From positions 810,940 through 874,939 of the forward strand of contig OZ007038.1 in assembly GCA_963931685.1 (NCBI GenBank): a DNA stretch of 64,000 nucleotides, given 5' to 3'. This document shows positions 19,223 to 27,984 of this stretch, piece by piece. Numbering within the stretch: the first letter of the stretch is position 1; every line of letters starts with the position of its first letter. Made by a program: the position numbers and the translations under genes. The notes beneath the pieces were generated by a model. The model had not been told where the DNA came from and did no database searches. It was given only the letters and a program-made list of their open reading frames with translations. Source of the stretch: an uncultured Bacilli bacterium (GTDB taxonomy: Bacteria > Bacillota_I > Bacilli_A > RF39 > UBA660).

Positions 19223-20036
19223 TTTGTTTATCTCTCATTTCCTTAGCTCTTCTAATTTCTTCTAAAGATATATCTTGAATAGTTTTAGCTTTAGCTTGTT
19301 GATGTAAGTATCTTTCAAATTTAGGGCCAAATAATGTTTCAGGTGTAAGGTATGGTTTCATTTTAGGATTATTAATCCACTCGCTTGTTTTCTTATCTAT
19401 AACTATTTTAATATCATTAATTGTATATTTTTTTAATATATTAGCTATTAATTTCTTATACTCATCTATTAATATAAAATTAGAATTAGTTTTATAGTTT
19501 AAATAGTCTATTATGTCTTGATACTCTTTTTTATTTATTTCTATTTCTTTTTTATTAGTTATAATTTCTAAATTATGTTTATTAGTTTTATTATCTATAT
19601 ATACCTTACTATTTGACTTACATTTATTCTTACATCTTGGCTTACTTTTGTCAGGATTTTTAATTCTATATTCTCTCATATTCATAGCACCTACTGTAGT
19701 TTGATTAGTAAGTACTAATGCATCTTCTATATAATATTTATTTTCTCTCTTTTCCATCATTCCTGTATCTAAAAAATAATCAATAGCATCGTTTATTAGT
19801 TTTTCTGAATGATTTGTTTCTACTGCTAATTCTTTTATAGAATATGGAATTCTTTTAGATCCTACTTTTTTTATTAAGTAACCATCTTTATTTATTGTTT
19901 TAAATATTAGTTTAAAATATAAAATTATTTTCTCATATCCATTAGGTTCATTTTGTAAGAATTTTAATATATCATTATCAAAAAAGTTTGATTTAAGCAT
20001 AAAGTAATAATATTTTTCTTTATTATAAGTTCCCAT
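19215..20036 (-). CDS. phage replisome organizer / DnaD-like replication protein
   Basis: 273 aa. The N-terminus YYYFMLKSNFFDNDILKFL...EKIILYFKL resembles phage replisome-organizer N-domains. The C-terminus IIDYLNYKTNSNF...TPETLFGPKFERYL resembles the conserved phage C-terminal (DnaD-like) domain. Confidence 0.65.
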   Translation of the reverse strand: MGTYNKEKYYYFMLKSNFFDNDILKFLQNEPNGYEKIILYFKLIFKTINKDGYLIKKVGSKRIPYSIKELAVETNHSEKLINDAIDYFLDTGMMEKRENKYYIEDALVLTNQTTVGAMNMREYRIKNPDKSKPRCKNKCKSNSKVYIDNKTNKHNLEIITNKKEIEINKKEYQDIIDYLNYKTNSNFILIDEYKKLIANILKKYTINDIKIVIDKKTSEWINNPKMKPYLTPETLFGPKFERYLHQQAKAKTIQDISLEEIRRAKEMRDKQNG

Positions 20037-20286
20037 GTTTAGAATTATTAATTGATACTAAAAAATCTACATTGATTTTAAAATAATCAATTACTTTCTC
20101 CATTGGTACTAAGTTATTAGGTAGTTTAAATCCACTTGATATAATTTCTTCTGATATTTTATTTTTAATATCTCTTGCTTTATTTCTTCCCACAGCACCT
20201 ATTTTCATTATATCTTGTACAGTAGCCCACTGACTATTTAGTATTTCTAGCATTTCATCTGCCGATAATATTGTTTTACTTTTCAT
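20023..20286 (-). CDS. hypothetical small phage-like protein
   Basis: 87 aa, lying between the cro-like and replication genes. No motif recognised. Confidence 0.4.
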   Translation of the reverse strand: MKSKTILSADEMLEILNSQWATVQDIMKIGAVGRNKARDIKNKISEEIISSGFKLPNNLVPMEKVIDYFKINVDFLVSINNSKHGNL

Positions 20287-20310
20287 TAAAAAATCTCCTC
20301 TCTGTTATAA

Positions 20311-20640
20311 TTATTTAAGTTTACCGAACTTATTATTTTCATTTTTCTTATTTAAAATTTTTTTACTATTTTCAGAATCTAACATTTCTTTAATTCTTTT
20401 CATTTCTCGATCTAATTTCTTTTGTATTCTTTTCTCTTCTTCCTGTTTATCATGAACAATAAAAGAGTACCAGTTATCAACATCATATACTTCTTGCATT
20501 CTTTTTAAAAGGTTATTATTTGGTATTTTAGTAAAGTTTTCAATTGATCTTAATTCTGATGTTTTTATGTTTAATAACTTTGCGGCTTCTGTAATAGAAA
20601 GACCTTTATTTACCCTAAATGCTTTAGGTGTTGCTTGCAT
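20311..20640 (-). CDS. Cro/XRE-like HTH regulator
   Basis: 109 aa with an HTH (LSITEAAKLLNIKTSELRSIEN). Divergent from the cI-like repressor. Confidence 0.65.
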   Translation of the reverse strand: MQATPKAFRVNKGLSITEAAKLLNIKTSELRSIENFTKIPNNNLLKRMQEVYDVDNWYSFIVHDKQEEEKRIQKKLDREMKRIKEMLDSENSKKILNKKNENNKFGKLK

Positions 20641-20749
20641 TGTATCCTCCTTTCTATTTTAATCATACACTTTTTATAATTGTTTGTAAGCGACCTTTTA
20701 TGCCCAATTCATTTTTTTCACTTTCCCTTCTATTATAAGAATACTACCT

Positions 20750-20825
20750 GATTACGAAAACGTAAATACAAATTACGATTTTTTTCATAATTTTACTTGT
20801 ATGTTTTCGTATTTTAAGTTATACT
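20750..20825. promoter_or_regulatory. divergent promoter/operator region with three TACGAAAAC-type repeats
   Basis: TTACGAAAACGTAA (20752-20765), ATTACGATTTT (20772-20782) and an inverted TGTTTTCGTATT (20812-20823) lie between the cro-like and cI-like genes. Confidence 0.45.
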
Positions 20826-20845
20826 TATTTTAGAGGAGGATGCCT

Positions 20846-21574
20846 ATGAAAAAGCAAGAAACATTTGCTGAAAAAGCAAGAAGACATGACTATTCAATTG
20901 AACAACATTTTGTTAATAACTTAAAGGCTATTATGGCTGAAAAGAAAATAACAAGGACTCAGCTTGCTAAAATGTTAGATATGCCATACACTACCCTTTG
21001 TGATTGGTGTAATGGAAGAATCTATCCTAAGTATGAAAAAATTGAAAAGATAGCTAATGTTTTAAAAGTTGATCCAAGTGAACTCGCAGGACTTGAATTA
21101 ACATCTAACAAAAATAGAGATGATGATTTATCTAATGAAGTTGCAAGAGTAAATGTTTTAAAATACCTTCCTTCAGATGCAAGTGTGAGAAAGCCACATC
21201 CTTCATTAGTTTGGTTTGAGACAAATATTGCACCAGAATTACTGCAAAATAATAGCTACTATTTTGGTTTAAAAGTAAATGACAATACTATGGCTCCTAA
21301 ACTATATAAAAACGATTGGGTAATATTCCGTCAAACAGACACAATAGATGATGATGGAATATATTGCCTAAGACATCCAGGTTGTGAAACAATTATAAGA
21401 AAAGTTGTCTTATTAAAGAATGGATTTTTAGTAATCCAAACTCATTCATCTTGGAAAGAAGGTAAAGATAAATCTAACTCACAATCTTATTCAATTAATG
21501 ATATTGGAAAAGAAATAGAAATACTTGGAAAAGCAATTAGATATTCTATTTCTGAACATGATAATGAATTATAA
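20846..21574 (+). CDS. cI/LexA-like repressor (N-terminal HTH + C-terminal S24 peptidase-like domain)
   Basis: HTH (ITRTQLAKMLDMPYTTLCDWCNG) plus an S24-like C-domain (FGLKVNDNTMAP...IIRKV). GGAGG lies 6 nt before ATG 20846. Confidence 0.75.
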   Translation: MKKQETFAEKARRHDYSIEQHFVNNLKAIMAEKKITRTQLAKMLDMPYTTLCDWCNGRIYPKYEKIEKIANVLKVDPSELAGLELTSNKNRDDDLSNEVARVNVLKYLPSDASVRKPHPSLVWFETNIAPELLQNNSYYFGLKVNDNTMAPKLYKNDWVIFRQTDTIDDDGIYCLRHPGCETIIRKVVLLKNGFLVIQTHSSWKEGKDKSNSQSYSINDIGKEIEILGKAIRYSISEHDNEL

Positions 21575-21726
21575 AAAAAGACCACTGCTGGAACAGTGAT
21601 CGAGTGAAAAATCCCTAATTTAAAGTTCGGTAAACTTAAATAATTATAACAAAGTATAATTTTGGAGATTTCTCGTATTTAATTATATCACCAATTAGGG
21701 ATTTCTACAAGAAAGTTGGTGAAATA

Positions 21727-22836
21727 ATGGCAGTTTACAAAGATCCTAAGCCTACTAAAAATGGTAGAGCTTGGTATTTTAAGTTTAGTTATAAGGATGC
21801 ATTTGGTGCTACTAAGCAATATAGATCAAAAAGATATTTAACTAAAAAGGAAGCAACTGATGCAGAAAGAATGTTTTTAGTTACCTCTACTGATAAAGTA
21901 GAAGATAACAATATGACGTTTAAGGATTTATATGATGAGTTTAGAATGCATAACGATGAAATAATGAAAGATACTACTAAGTATGGCTATGATAATAAAG
22001 AAAGGTTTATAGAATGCTTCTTCCCTGTTAAAGTGAAAGATTTTAATATTATGCAGTTTGAGCAATGGAAACGAGAAATAAATAAACTTAATATATCTCT
22101 TAGATATAAAAATGATATTTATAAATTTCTTAAATCCATTTTAAACTTTGGTGTTAAATGGCATAACTTAAACTTTCAAGCAGTATATAATAAAATGACA
22201 AAATTTCAAGATCCTAATGAGCGGAGAAAAGAAATGGCTTATTATACTTACGATGAGTTCAAAAATTTTATTTCTTATGAAGAAGACTTAAGATGGAGAT
22301 GTGTATTTGAAATATTATATTACTGTGGATTACGTAAAGGAGAATTAAAAGGTCTTACTTGGAAAGACATTTACTTTGATAAAAAAGTACTATCTGTCAA
22401 TAAACAAATAACACAACGAAATAACCGTGTTAAATTTGAATTTTCGGATACTAAGACAAGGGATAGTAGAAGAATAGTTCCTATTACTAAAGTCTTGTTA
22501 AATGACCTTAAAATGCTCTATGAGCAGGATAAAAAAGACTATTATGGATTTAATGATGATTTCTTTGTGGTTTCAGATGCTAAACCTATAGCTGATTCTA
22601 ATATATATCTTAGAAGAACTAAACTAGCTACACTTACAGGTTTAAAGATTATTAGAATTCATGATTTTAGACATTCATGTGCATCATTACTTATTAACAA
22701 TGGTGCTAATGTTACATTAGTTGCCAAATATTTAGGTCATACAAAAATCGAGGAAACCCTAAATACATATTCACATATGTTTAGTACTGCCCTCGACTCT
22801 GTGGTTTCTGTTATAGATAGCTTAGAAGATGACTAA
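21727..22836 (+). CDS. int: tyrosine-type site-specific integrase
   Basis: 369 aa with R...HDFRHSCASLL...LGHTKIEETLNTYSH (R-H-R-Y catalytic signature). Confidence 0.9.
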   Translation: MAVYKDPKPTKNGRAWYFKFSYKDAFGATKQYRSKRYLTKKEATDAERMFLVTSTDKVEDNNMTFKDLYDEFRMHNDEIMKDTTKYGYDNKERFIECFFPVKVKDFNIMQFEQWKREINKLNISLRYKNDIYKFLKSILNFGVKWHNLNFQAVYNKMTKFQDPNERRKEMAYYTYDEFKNFISYEEDLRWRCVFEILYYCGLRKGELKGLTWKDIYFDKKVLSVNKQITQRNNRVKFEFSDTKTRDSRRIVPITKVLLNDLKMLYEQDKKDYYGFNDDFFVVSDAKPIADSNIYLRRTKLATLTGLKIIRIHDFRHSCASLLINNGANVTLVAKYLGHTKIEETLNTYSHMFSTALDSVVSVIDSLEDD

Positions 22837-22854
22837 GCTTTTTTTATTTAAAAA

Positions 22855-22870
22855 GCCTCCAAATGGAGGC
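22855..22870 (-). terminator. hairpin terminator (minus-strand TA operon; possibly bidirectional)
   Basis: GCCTCCA-AA-TGGAGGC. On the minus strand it is followed by TTTTTAAATAAAAAAA. Confidence 0.5.
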
Positions 22871-23118
22871 GCACTTAAAAAGTGAAAAACCACATAAATG
22901 TGCACTAATTAAATGTACTATTATTATATTCAAATACGATTATTTTATTCATATATAAAGCAAAAACTAGCTTACGCTAGTCTTTGAAACACAACTTCCA
23001 TATATGTAAAAACATACATGCATTAATTAAATGTAATTTAATTATACAGATATTTAGATCTTTTGTCAATTTTTTTCAAAAAAGTTTTTGAAAAATTTTA
23101 CAAAAAAATTTTTAATAA

Positions 23119-23850
23119 TTATTTAAATAAATAATATTTCGATATTGCTTTCTTTATTTCAGTATAATCTTTCTTTGTTATTATTGCTAGTTTATCCTTT
23201 GCAAAATAAGGTGCAAGAATTCTTTTTGAACTTAAATTCATCATATTTTCTATCTTAGCGGTTCCTTCTGCTAAACACTCAAGGTCATAGTGAAAATCGT
23301 AAATGTCAGATCTTCTTTTTGTAGTAAGTGGTATCATTGTCCACATTGTTTTATGACTTGCTGGTCTCCATAATATTGCAGGTCTTAGCTTTCTTAATTC
23401 ACTGCCAACACCTATTCCAAAATCAACCCAGTATATTGCGTTTTGAATCAATTTATCTGCTTCGATATCTTTTTGATTAATAATATATTTATCCCTACAC
23501 CATTTTATGTAACTTATTCCATCTATATCGCTTTTAATATTTTTGTTTAAAAATTCAAGTAAGGAATTCTTTCCTTCTTGTAATATTAGATTAAAATCTT
23601 TTTTAGTTAGCTTTAGTGGCTTTCCATGAATATAAATACATCTACTCATTTTAGATCTATTATAATCTGCTATTTTATTAACATCCACATATTTATTAAT
23701 TGAATGGCAATAAATACAGCCTTCTTTTTCTTTAGAATATACTGGCATTCCAACATAATGATTTGCTGAAATGTCATAGATAATTAAAACCCATTCTTTA
23801 TCGACTTTTTCATTAGTTTCGTATATTTGTTTAAAATTAATTGTTAACAT
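23119..23850 (-). CDS. PemK/MazF-fold protein (C-terminal toxin-like domain, N-terminal second related domain)
   Basis: 243 aa. The C-terminal half IYWVDFGIGVGSELRKLRPAILW...MIPLTTK matches the PemK/MazF signature. The N-terminal half (WVLIIYDISANHYVGMPVYSK...) looks like a degenerate copy. Confidence 0.6.
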   Translation of the reverse strand: MLTINFKQIYETNEKVDKEWVLIIYDISANHYVGMPVYSKEKEGCIYCHSINKYVDVNKIADYNRSKMSRCIYIHGKPLKLTKKDFNLILQEGKNSLLEFLNKNIKSDIDGISYIKWCRDKYIINQKDIEADKLIQNAIYWVDFGIGVGSELRKLRPAILWRPASHKTMWTMIPLTTKRRSDIYDFHYDLECLAEGTAKIENMMNLSSKRILAPYFAKDKLAIITKKDYTEIKKAISKYYLFK

Positions 23851-23867
23851 TTACTACACCTCACTAA

Positions 23868-24953
23868 CTAATTACTCCATTTATATCTTTCTCTATATTT
23901 AGCCATAAATGAGTAATCATTAATATCATTTTGAATTCTTCCTATAACAATACCAGGTTTAACATTCTGAGAATTAGCAAACCTTTTTATTTCAGTAATA
24001 TTCATATTACCACTCTTAATAAAGTCTTCATAATCATTTTGATTAATTAACATGTTTCTAGCAAACTTATCTGCTGCTTTTTCTTCTTCACTTTCAATAA
24101 ATTGATAGTCAATATATTGATTGGCAAAATCATCATTTGTTAAATGCCCTATTTCATGGAACAAAGTAAACCAAAATATATCAGAGAAAGATTGTCTTAT
24201 AGTCATACATAAAACAACTTTACCATTTCTTTTTTGAATGAATCCTTGAACAGGTGCTCCAGTAAAATGTTGTACGACTTCAAATGCTATACCACATTCA
24301 GCAAAAATATTTTTTAATTCAGTAACCATATCATTTGCCGGTAAAAACATTGTTCTTTTTATATCTTCATATTTTGTTTTCAATTTTTCTATATCATAAC
24401 TATTAGTAATTTTTATTTTATTTGTAAAATACTCACATAATTTCTGCCATGCATATAATACATATACATTTACTTTATTTGCCTTAGAACCTCTAAAAGC
24501 AGCTTGTTGTATAGATAAACTTGGTATACTACATAAATTGTTTAAATTAAGAAATTTTCTCATATTTAAAACTGTTATTTCTTTTTTTGAATTACATTCA
24601 ATTATTTCTGCATTTTCACAAAATTTAATAACATCTTTTAAATCTTTTAAGATATTTAATTCTTTTTCTTCAATATTACTTAAACTATTAATTTCAAAAA
24701 CTTCTTTATCATAGTTACTTTGAAGGTTCATCCAAAAACTAGCAGGTATACCTAAAGCATACTCTAATCTATTTGCAAACTCAGATGATATATCCTTCTT
24801 TCCCCTCACAACCTCACTAATATGTTTAGGAGAATATTCTGTTCTTATAGCTAATTCTTCTTGCGACATCTTCTTTTCTTCCAAAACTTCTTTAATTGTT
24901 TCCCCTGGATGAACTAACAAATCAAGGGATAAGCCATTCACATTTCCCATCAT
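23868..24953 (-). CDS. HigA-like HTH antitoxin fused to an ImmA/IrrE (COG2856-type) zinc peptidase domain
   Basis: 361 aa. The N-terminus VHPGETIKEVLEEKKMSQEELA... is a HigA/XRE HTH. The C-terminal part carries FHEIGH (HEXXH). Confidence 0.7.
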   Translation of the reverse strand: MMGNVNGLSLDLLVHPGETIKEVLEEKKMSQEELAIRTEYSPKHISEVVRGKKDISSEFANRLEYALGIPASFWMNLQSNYDKEVFEINSLSNIEEKELNILKDLKDVIKFCENAEIIECNSKKEITVLNMRKFLNLNNLCSIPSLSIQQAAFRGSKANKVNVYVLYAWQKLCEYFTNKIKITNSYDIEKLKTKYEDIKRTMFLPANDMVTELKNIFAECGIAFEVVQHFTGAPVQGFIQKRNGKVVLCMTIRQSFSDIFWFTLFHEIGHLTNDDFANQYIDYQFIESEEEKAADKFARNMLINQNDYEDFIKSGNMNITEIKRFANSQNVKPGIVIGRIQNDINDYSFMAKYRERYKWSN

Positions 24954-25275
24954 GATAATCTGCCACTCCTTTCAAATTAACTTTCTTACATTTTCTTAAC
25001 GAATCATCATCTAATTTTTCTGATAATGGTTCTACTATTAATCTATAATTCCTATTAATTTTAATACCAAAAAGATTATCTAAATTTCCTACAAGAGGAT
25101 GAGGATCACCCAAGCCGATATCTAAATACTCTTTAAAATTATCTGCTGCCCTAAGTTGATCTATTCTCTGTTTTAGTGCTCTTGTCATATCAATACCAAT
25201 AGTCTTCTTTAAGTTCTCAATATCACTTAATTTCTTTTCTAACCTTCTGTTATCAGCTTCGATTTGCAACCTCAA
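24922..25275 (-). CDS. HigB-like (RelE/ParE superfamily, 'killer protein') toxin
   Basis: 117 aa with ...PHPLVGNLDNLFGIKINRNYRLIVEP...LKGVADYH, the HigB-type pattern. It overlaps the antitoxin start by 32 nt. Confidence 0.6.
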   Translation of the reverse strand: MRLQIEADNRRLEKKLSDIENLKKTIGIDMTRALKQRIDQLRAADNFKEYLDIGLGDPHPLVGNLDNLFGIKINRNYRLIVEPLSEKLDDDSLRKCKKVNLKGVADYHDGKCEWLIP

Positions 25276-25364
25276 CCCTCCTTTCGTTTTTAGATTACCT
25301 AATAGGTAATTTTATTATATGCTATTTTTTATTTAAATACAACCCTTTTAATAAAAAAAGTTGT

Positions 25365-25553
25365 CTATTTTAATTTAGATAACTCTATATAATCTTTTTC
25401 TTTACCAATTCTTTTTAAATAATCTTTGCCTCCATCAATTGCTACTGCTCCACAAGAACATCTTTTATAATCATTTGTACTTTTCGATTCTATAATATCT
25501 CCGCATTTTTTACATTTGATTTTGTTACTTATTATTTCTTCTTTCTTTTCCAT
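25365..25553 (-). CDS. small zinc-ribbon protein
   Basis: 62 aa with CKKCGD...CSCG, four Cys in a ribbon arrangement. Confidence 0.45.
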   Translation of the reverse strand: MEKKEEIISNKIKCKKCGDIIESKSTNDYKRCSCGAVAIDGGKDYLKRIGKEKDYIELSKLK

Positions 25554-25740
25554 AAGTCATCGCCTCATAATGTATTATATCATGATCTTATACTAATTAT
25601 ATCCTTCTGTTTGCGGTATAATACCATTACAACCATACGGATGAAATCTATATTGTCCGTATCACTGTAAAAAAATCCATTGAGAATTTTTGCCACTTTC
25701 GGTATTTTTTCTCAATGAACTACTTTAAAATCAAATTTTT

Positions 25741-25763
25741 TTGTACCTAAATTGTACCTAAAA
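25741..25763 (+). repeat. 23-nt repeat TTGTACCTAAATTGTACCTAAAA, right copy
   Basis: Identical to 9740-9762 and lies inside the island, about 70 nt from the right direct repeat. Confidence 0.6.
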
Positions 25764-25833
25764 TTATTTTAGCAATATCGATGCCTCACAAACCCTTATA
25801 AAATGGGCATAAAAAATGAGAGCACTGTTAAAT

Positions 25834-25848
25834 GCTCTCTTCAGGGGG
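25834..25848 (+). repeat. right copy of the 15-bp direct repeat (candidate att core), within the recG terminator
   Basis: GCTCTCTTCAGGGGG. On the minus strand it is part of GAGAGCA-N8-TGCTCTC followed by ATTTTTT, downstream of recG. Confidence 0.6.
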
Positions 25849-25975
25849 TTGGTTAGCTACTCACATTTACCGTAAGTAGTAGCCACATAGAATAGTATTC
25901 TATGCATTAAAAGTATAGTTTATTTAAATTTAAAAGTCAATGAATTTTGGACTTGTTTTTGTACACTTTACACAT

Positions 25976-27967
25976 TTAATCTAAGTTTGTAGCTTTAGTA
26001 ATTTCTTTTTTAATAAAAGCATATTTGGGGCTTTGATATTCTTCACTTTTCATGAATGCTTCACTATCTTCTTTTGCTCTTAATAACAAATCATAATCAT
26101 TTTTTATATTAGCCAATTTAAAATTCATGTCACCACTTTGTCTTATTCCAAATATATCTCCACCACCTCTTAATTTGAAGTCTTCTTCACTGACTTTAAA
26201 ACCATCATTTGTTTTTGTTAGAACTTCTAACCTTTTTGTTTCTTTATCACTTATTAGTATGCAGTAGCTTTCTAAATTGTTTCTTCCTACTCTACCTCTA
26301 AGCTGGTGCAAGGCTGAAAGTCCAAAGCGATAACTATCAAATATTACAATCATGGTGGCATTAGCAACATCAACGCCTACTTCAATAACAGTTGTACTTA
26401 TTAAAATTTGAATTTTATTTTCTTTAAATTCATTCATGACTTCATCTTTTTCTTTATTAGTCATTTTACCATGCATGATGCCAACATTACATATTTTTCC
26501 AAATGCTCTTTTCATTTTTTCTTCTAGTTTATAAACATCTTCTAAGTCTATTTTATCACTTTCTTCAATTAATGGAGCAATTACATATATCTGATGATGA
26601 GCTTTTATTTGATCTAACATCATATATAGAACATCTTTTATTTCTTTATTTGTTTTAACATATGTTTTTACTGGTTTTCTTCCACTTGGCATGGTTCTTA
26701 TGCTTGATATATCCATATCTCCATATAGGGTTAAAGCATATGTTCTTGGAATTGGGGTGGCACTCATATATAAAATATCTGGAGTAATTCCTTTATTCTT
26801 TAAATTTCCTCTTTGAGCTACTCCAAAACGGTGTTGTTCGTCTGTAATGACTAAACCTAAGTTATTATATTTTACATCTTCGCTTATAAGAGCATGGGTT
26901 CCTATGATTATATCTGCCTTTTTGCTTTCAATTAATTTTTTACATTCTCTTTTTTCTTTGGATTTTAATTTTCCGGTTAATAGAACAACATTTAAATTAG
27001 GAAAAAGTTTTAAGAAATTAGTGTAGTGCTGGGAAGCTAATATTTCTGTTGGTGCCATTAATGCTCCTTGATAGCCAGCTAAATAATTTATATATAGGGC
27101 GATGAATGAAACAATGGTTTTACCACTTCCTACATCTCCTTGAAGTAATCTATTCATTCTATTTTTGCTAATCAAATCATCATATATGTCTTTTACTGAT
27201 TTTAATTGGTCTACAGTTAATTCAAAAGGTAGATTTTTTATTAAATCTTCTACTTTGTCATATGATACTTTTCTATTTAAACCATCGGCTTGGGTTTTTG
27301 TTTTTTTTAAGTAACTAATTTTCAGCATGTACATGAATAACTCTTCATATTTTAATCTTTTTAATGCTTCATTTAATTCTGTTTTAGTTTTTGGATTATG
27401 AATTATTTTTATGGATTTTGCTTTATTAATAAAATGATATTTATTTATAAAATTATTTGGAATATAATCTTTTATTTTTGTACTTTCTAAGTTTGTTAGG
27501 GCTGATTTGATTATTTTAGATATTTTTGAACTACTTATTTTAAATGATGAATGGTAAATTGGTTCTATTAAGGTTTCTTCAATAAGTCCAAATTTGATAT
27601 CACTAGCAGTAATACTGTTATGTTTTTTATCGTATTTACCAATTACGGTTATCTGACAGCCAATATTTAATTTATCTTTTAAGAATGCTCGATTAAATAT
27701 AGTTATATTGGCTATAAAGCTTCCTGTATTTAAATGAAAACTCATTTTATTTAGTTTTCTATTAAAATGAATGATTGTTGGTATGTTTTCTATGATTCCC
27801 CCAATAACTACTTTATCTCCATCATTTAAATTAGTAATATCAGAATTTTCAATTATTTCATATCTAAATGGGTAATAGTTTATTAAATCCTCTACATTAT
27901 ATATTCCTAATTCATTTAGATATTTTATGGTTGTTTTTCCTATTCCTTTGAGATTTTCTAAGTTCAT
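25976..27967 (-). CDS. recG: ATP-dependent DNA helicase RecG
   Basis: 663 aa. It has an N-terminal wedge/OB region and the helicase motifs GDVGSGKT, DEQHRFG and QLRGRVGR. Confidence 0.9.
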   Translation of the reverse strand: MNLENLKGIGKTTIKYLNELGIYNVEDLINYYPFRYEIIENSDITNLNDGDKVVIGGIIENIPTIIHFNRKLNKMSFHLNTGSFIANITIFNRAFLKDKLNIGCQITVIGKYDKKHNSITASDIKFGLIEETLIEPIYHSSFKISSSKISKIIKSALTNLESTKIKDYIPNNFINKYHFINKAKSIKIIHNPKTKTELNEALKRLKYEELFMYMLKISYLKKTKTQADGLNRKVSYDKVEDLIKNLPFELTVDQLKSVKDIYDDLISKNRMNRLLQGDVGSGKTIVSFIALYINYLAGYQGALMAPTEILASQHYTNFLKLFPNLNVVLLTGKLKSKEKRECKKLIESKKADIIIGTHALISEDVKYNNLGLVITDEQHRFGVAQRGNLKNKGITPDILYMSATPIPRTYALTLYGDMDISSIRTMPSGRKPVKTYVKTNKEIKDVLYMMLDQIKAHHQIYVIAPLIEESDKIDLEDVYKLEEKMKRAFGKICNVGIMHGKMTNKEKDEVMNEFKENKIQILISTTVIEVGVDVANATMIVIFDSYRFGLSALHQLRGRVGRNNLESYCILISDKETKRLEVLTKTNDGFKVSEEDFKLRGGGDIFGIRQSGDMNFKLANIKNDYDLLLRAKEDSEAFMKSEEYQSPKYAFIKKEITKATNLD

Positions 27968-27984
27968 ATTTTTCCTCCTTTTAG

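Larger units (their letters stand above)
9621..25848. mobile_element. putative ~16.2-kb integrated island bounded by 15-bp direct repeats (type I R-M + phage-like module + TA cluster)
   Basis: The direct repeat GCTCTCTTCAGGGGG occurs at both ends. An identical 23-mer and a related motif lie just inside each end. A tyrosine integrase gene is inside. Confidence 0.45.

Noticed and set aside
25862-25871. CATTTACCGT 10-mer shared with 9714-9723 as part of the island end structure
   Set aside because: One copy is inside and the other outside the direct repeats, which is inconsistent with the att model. A 10-mer match in AT-rich DNA is weak evidence.
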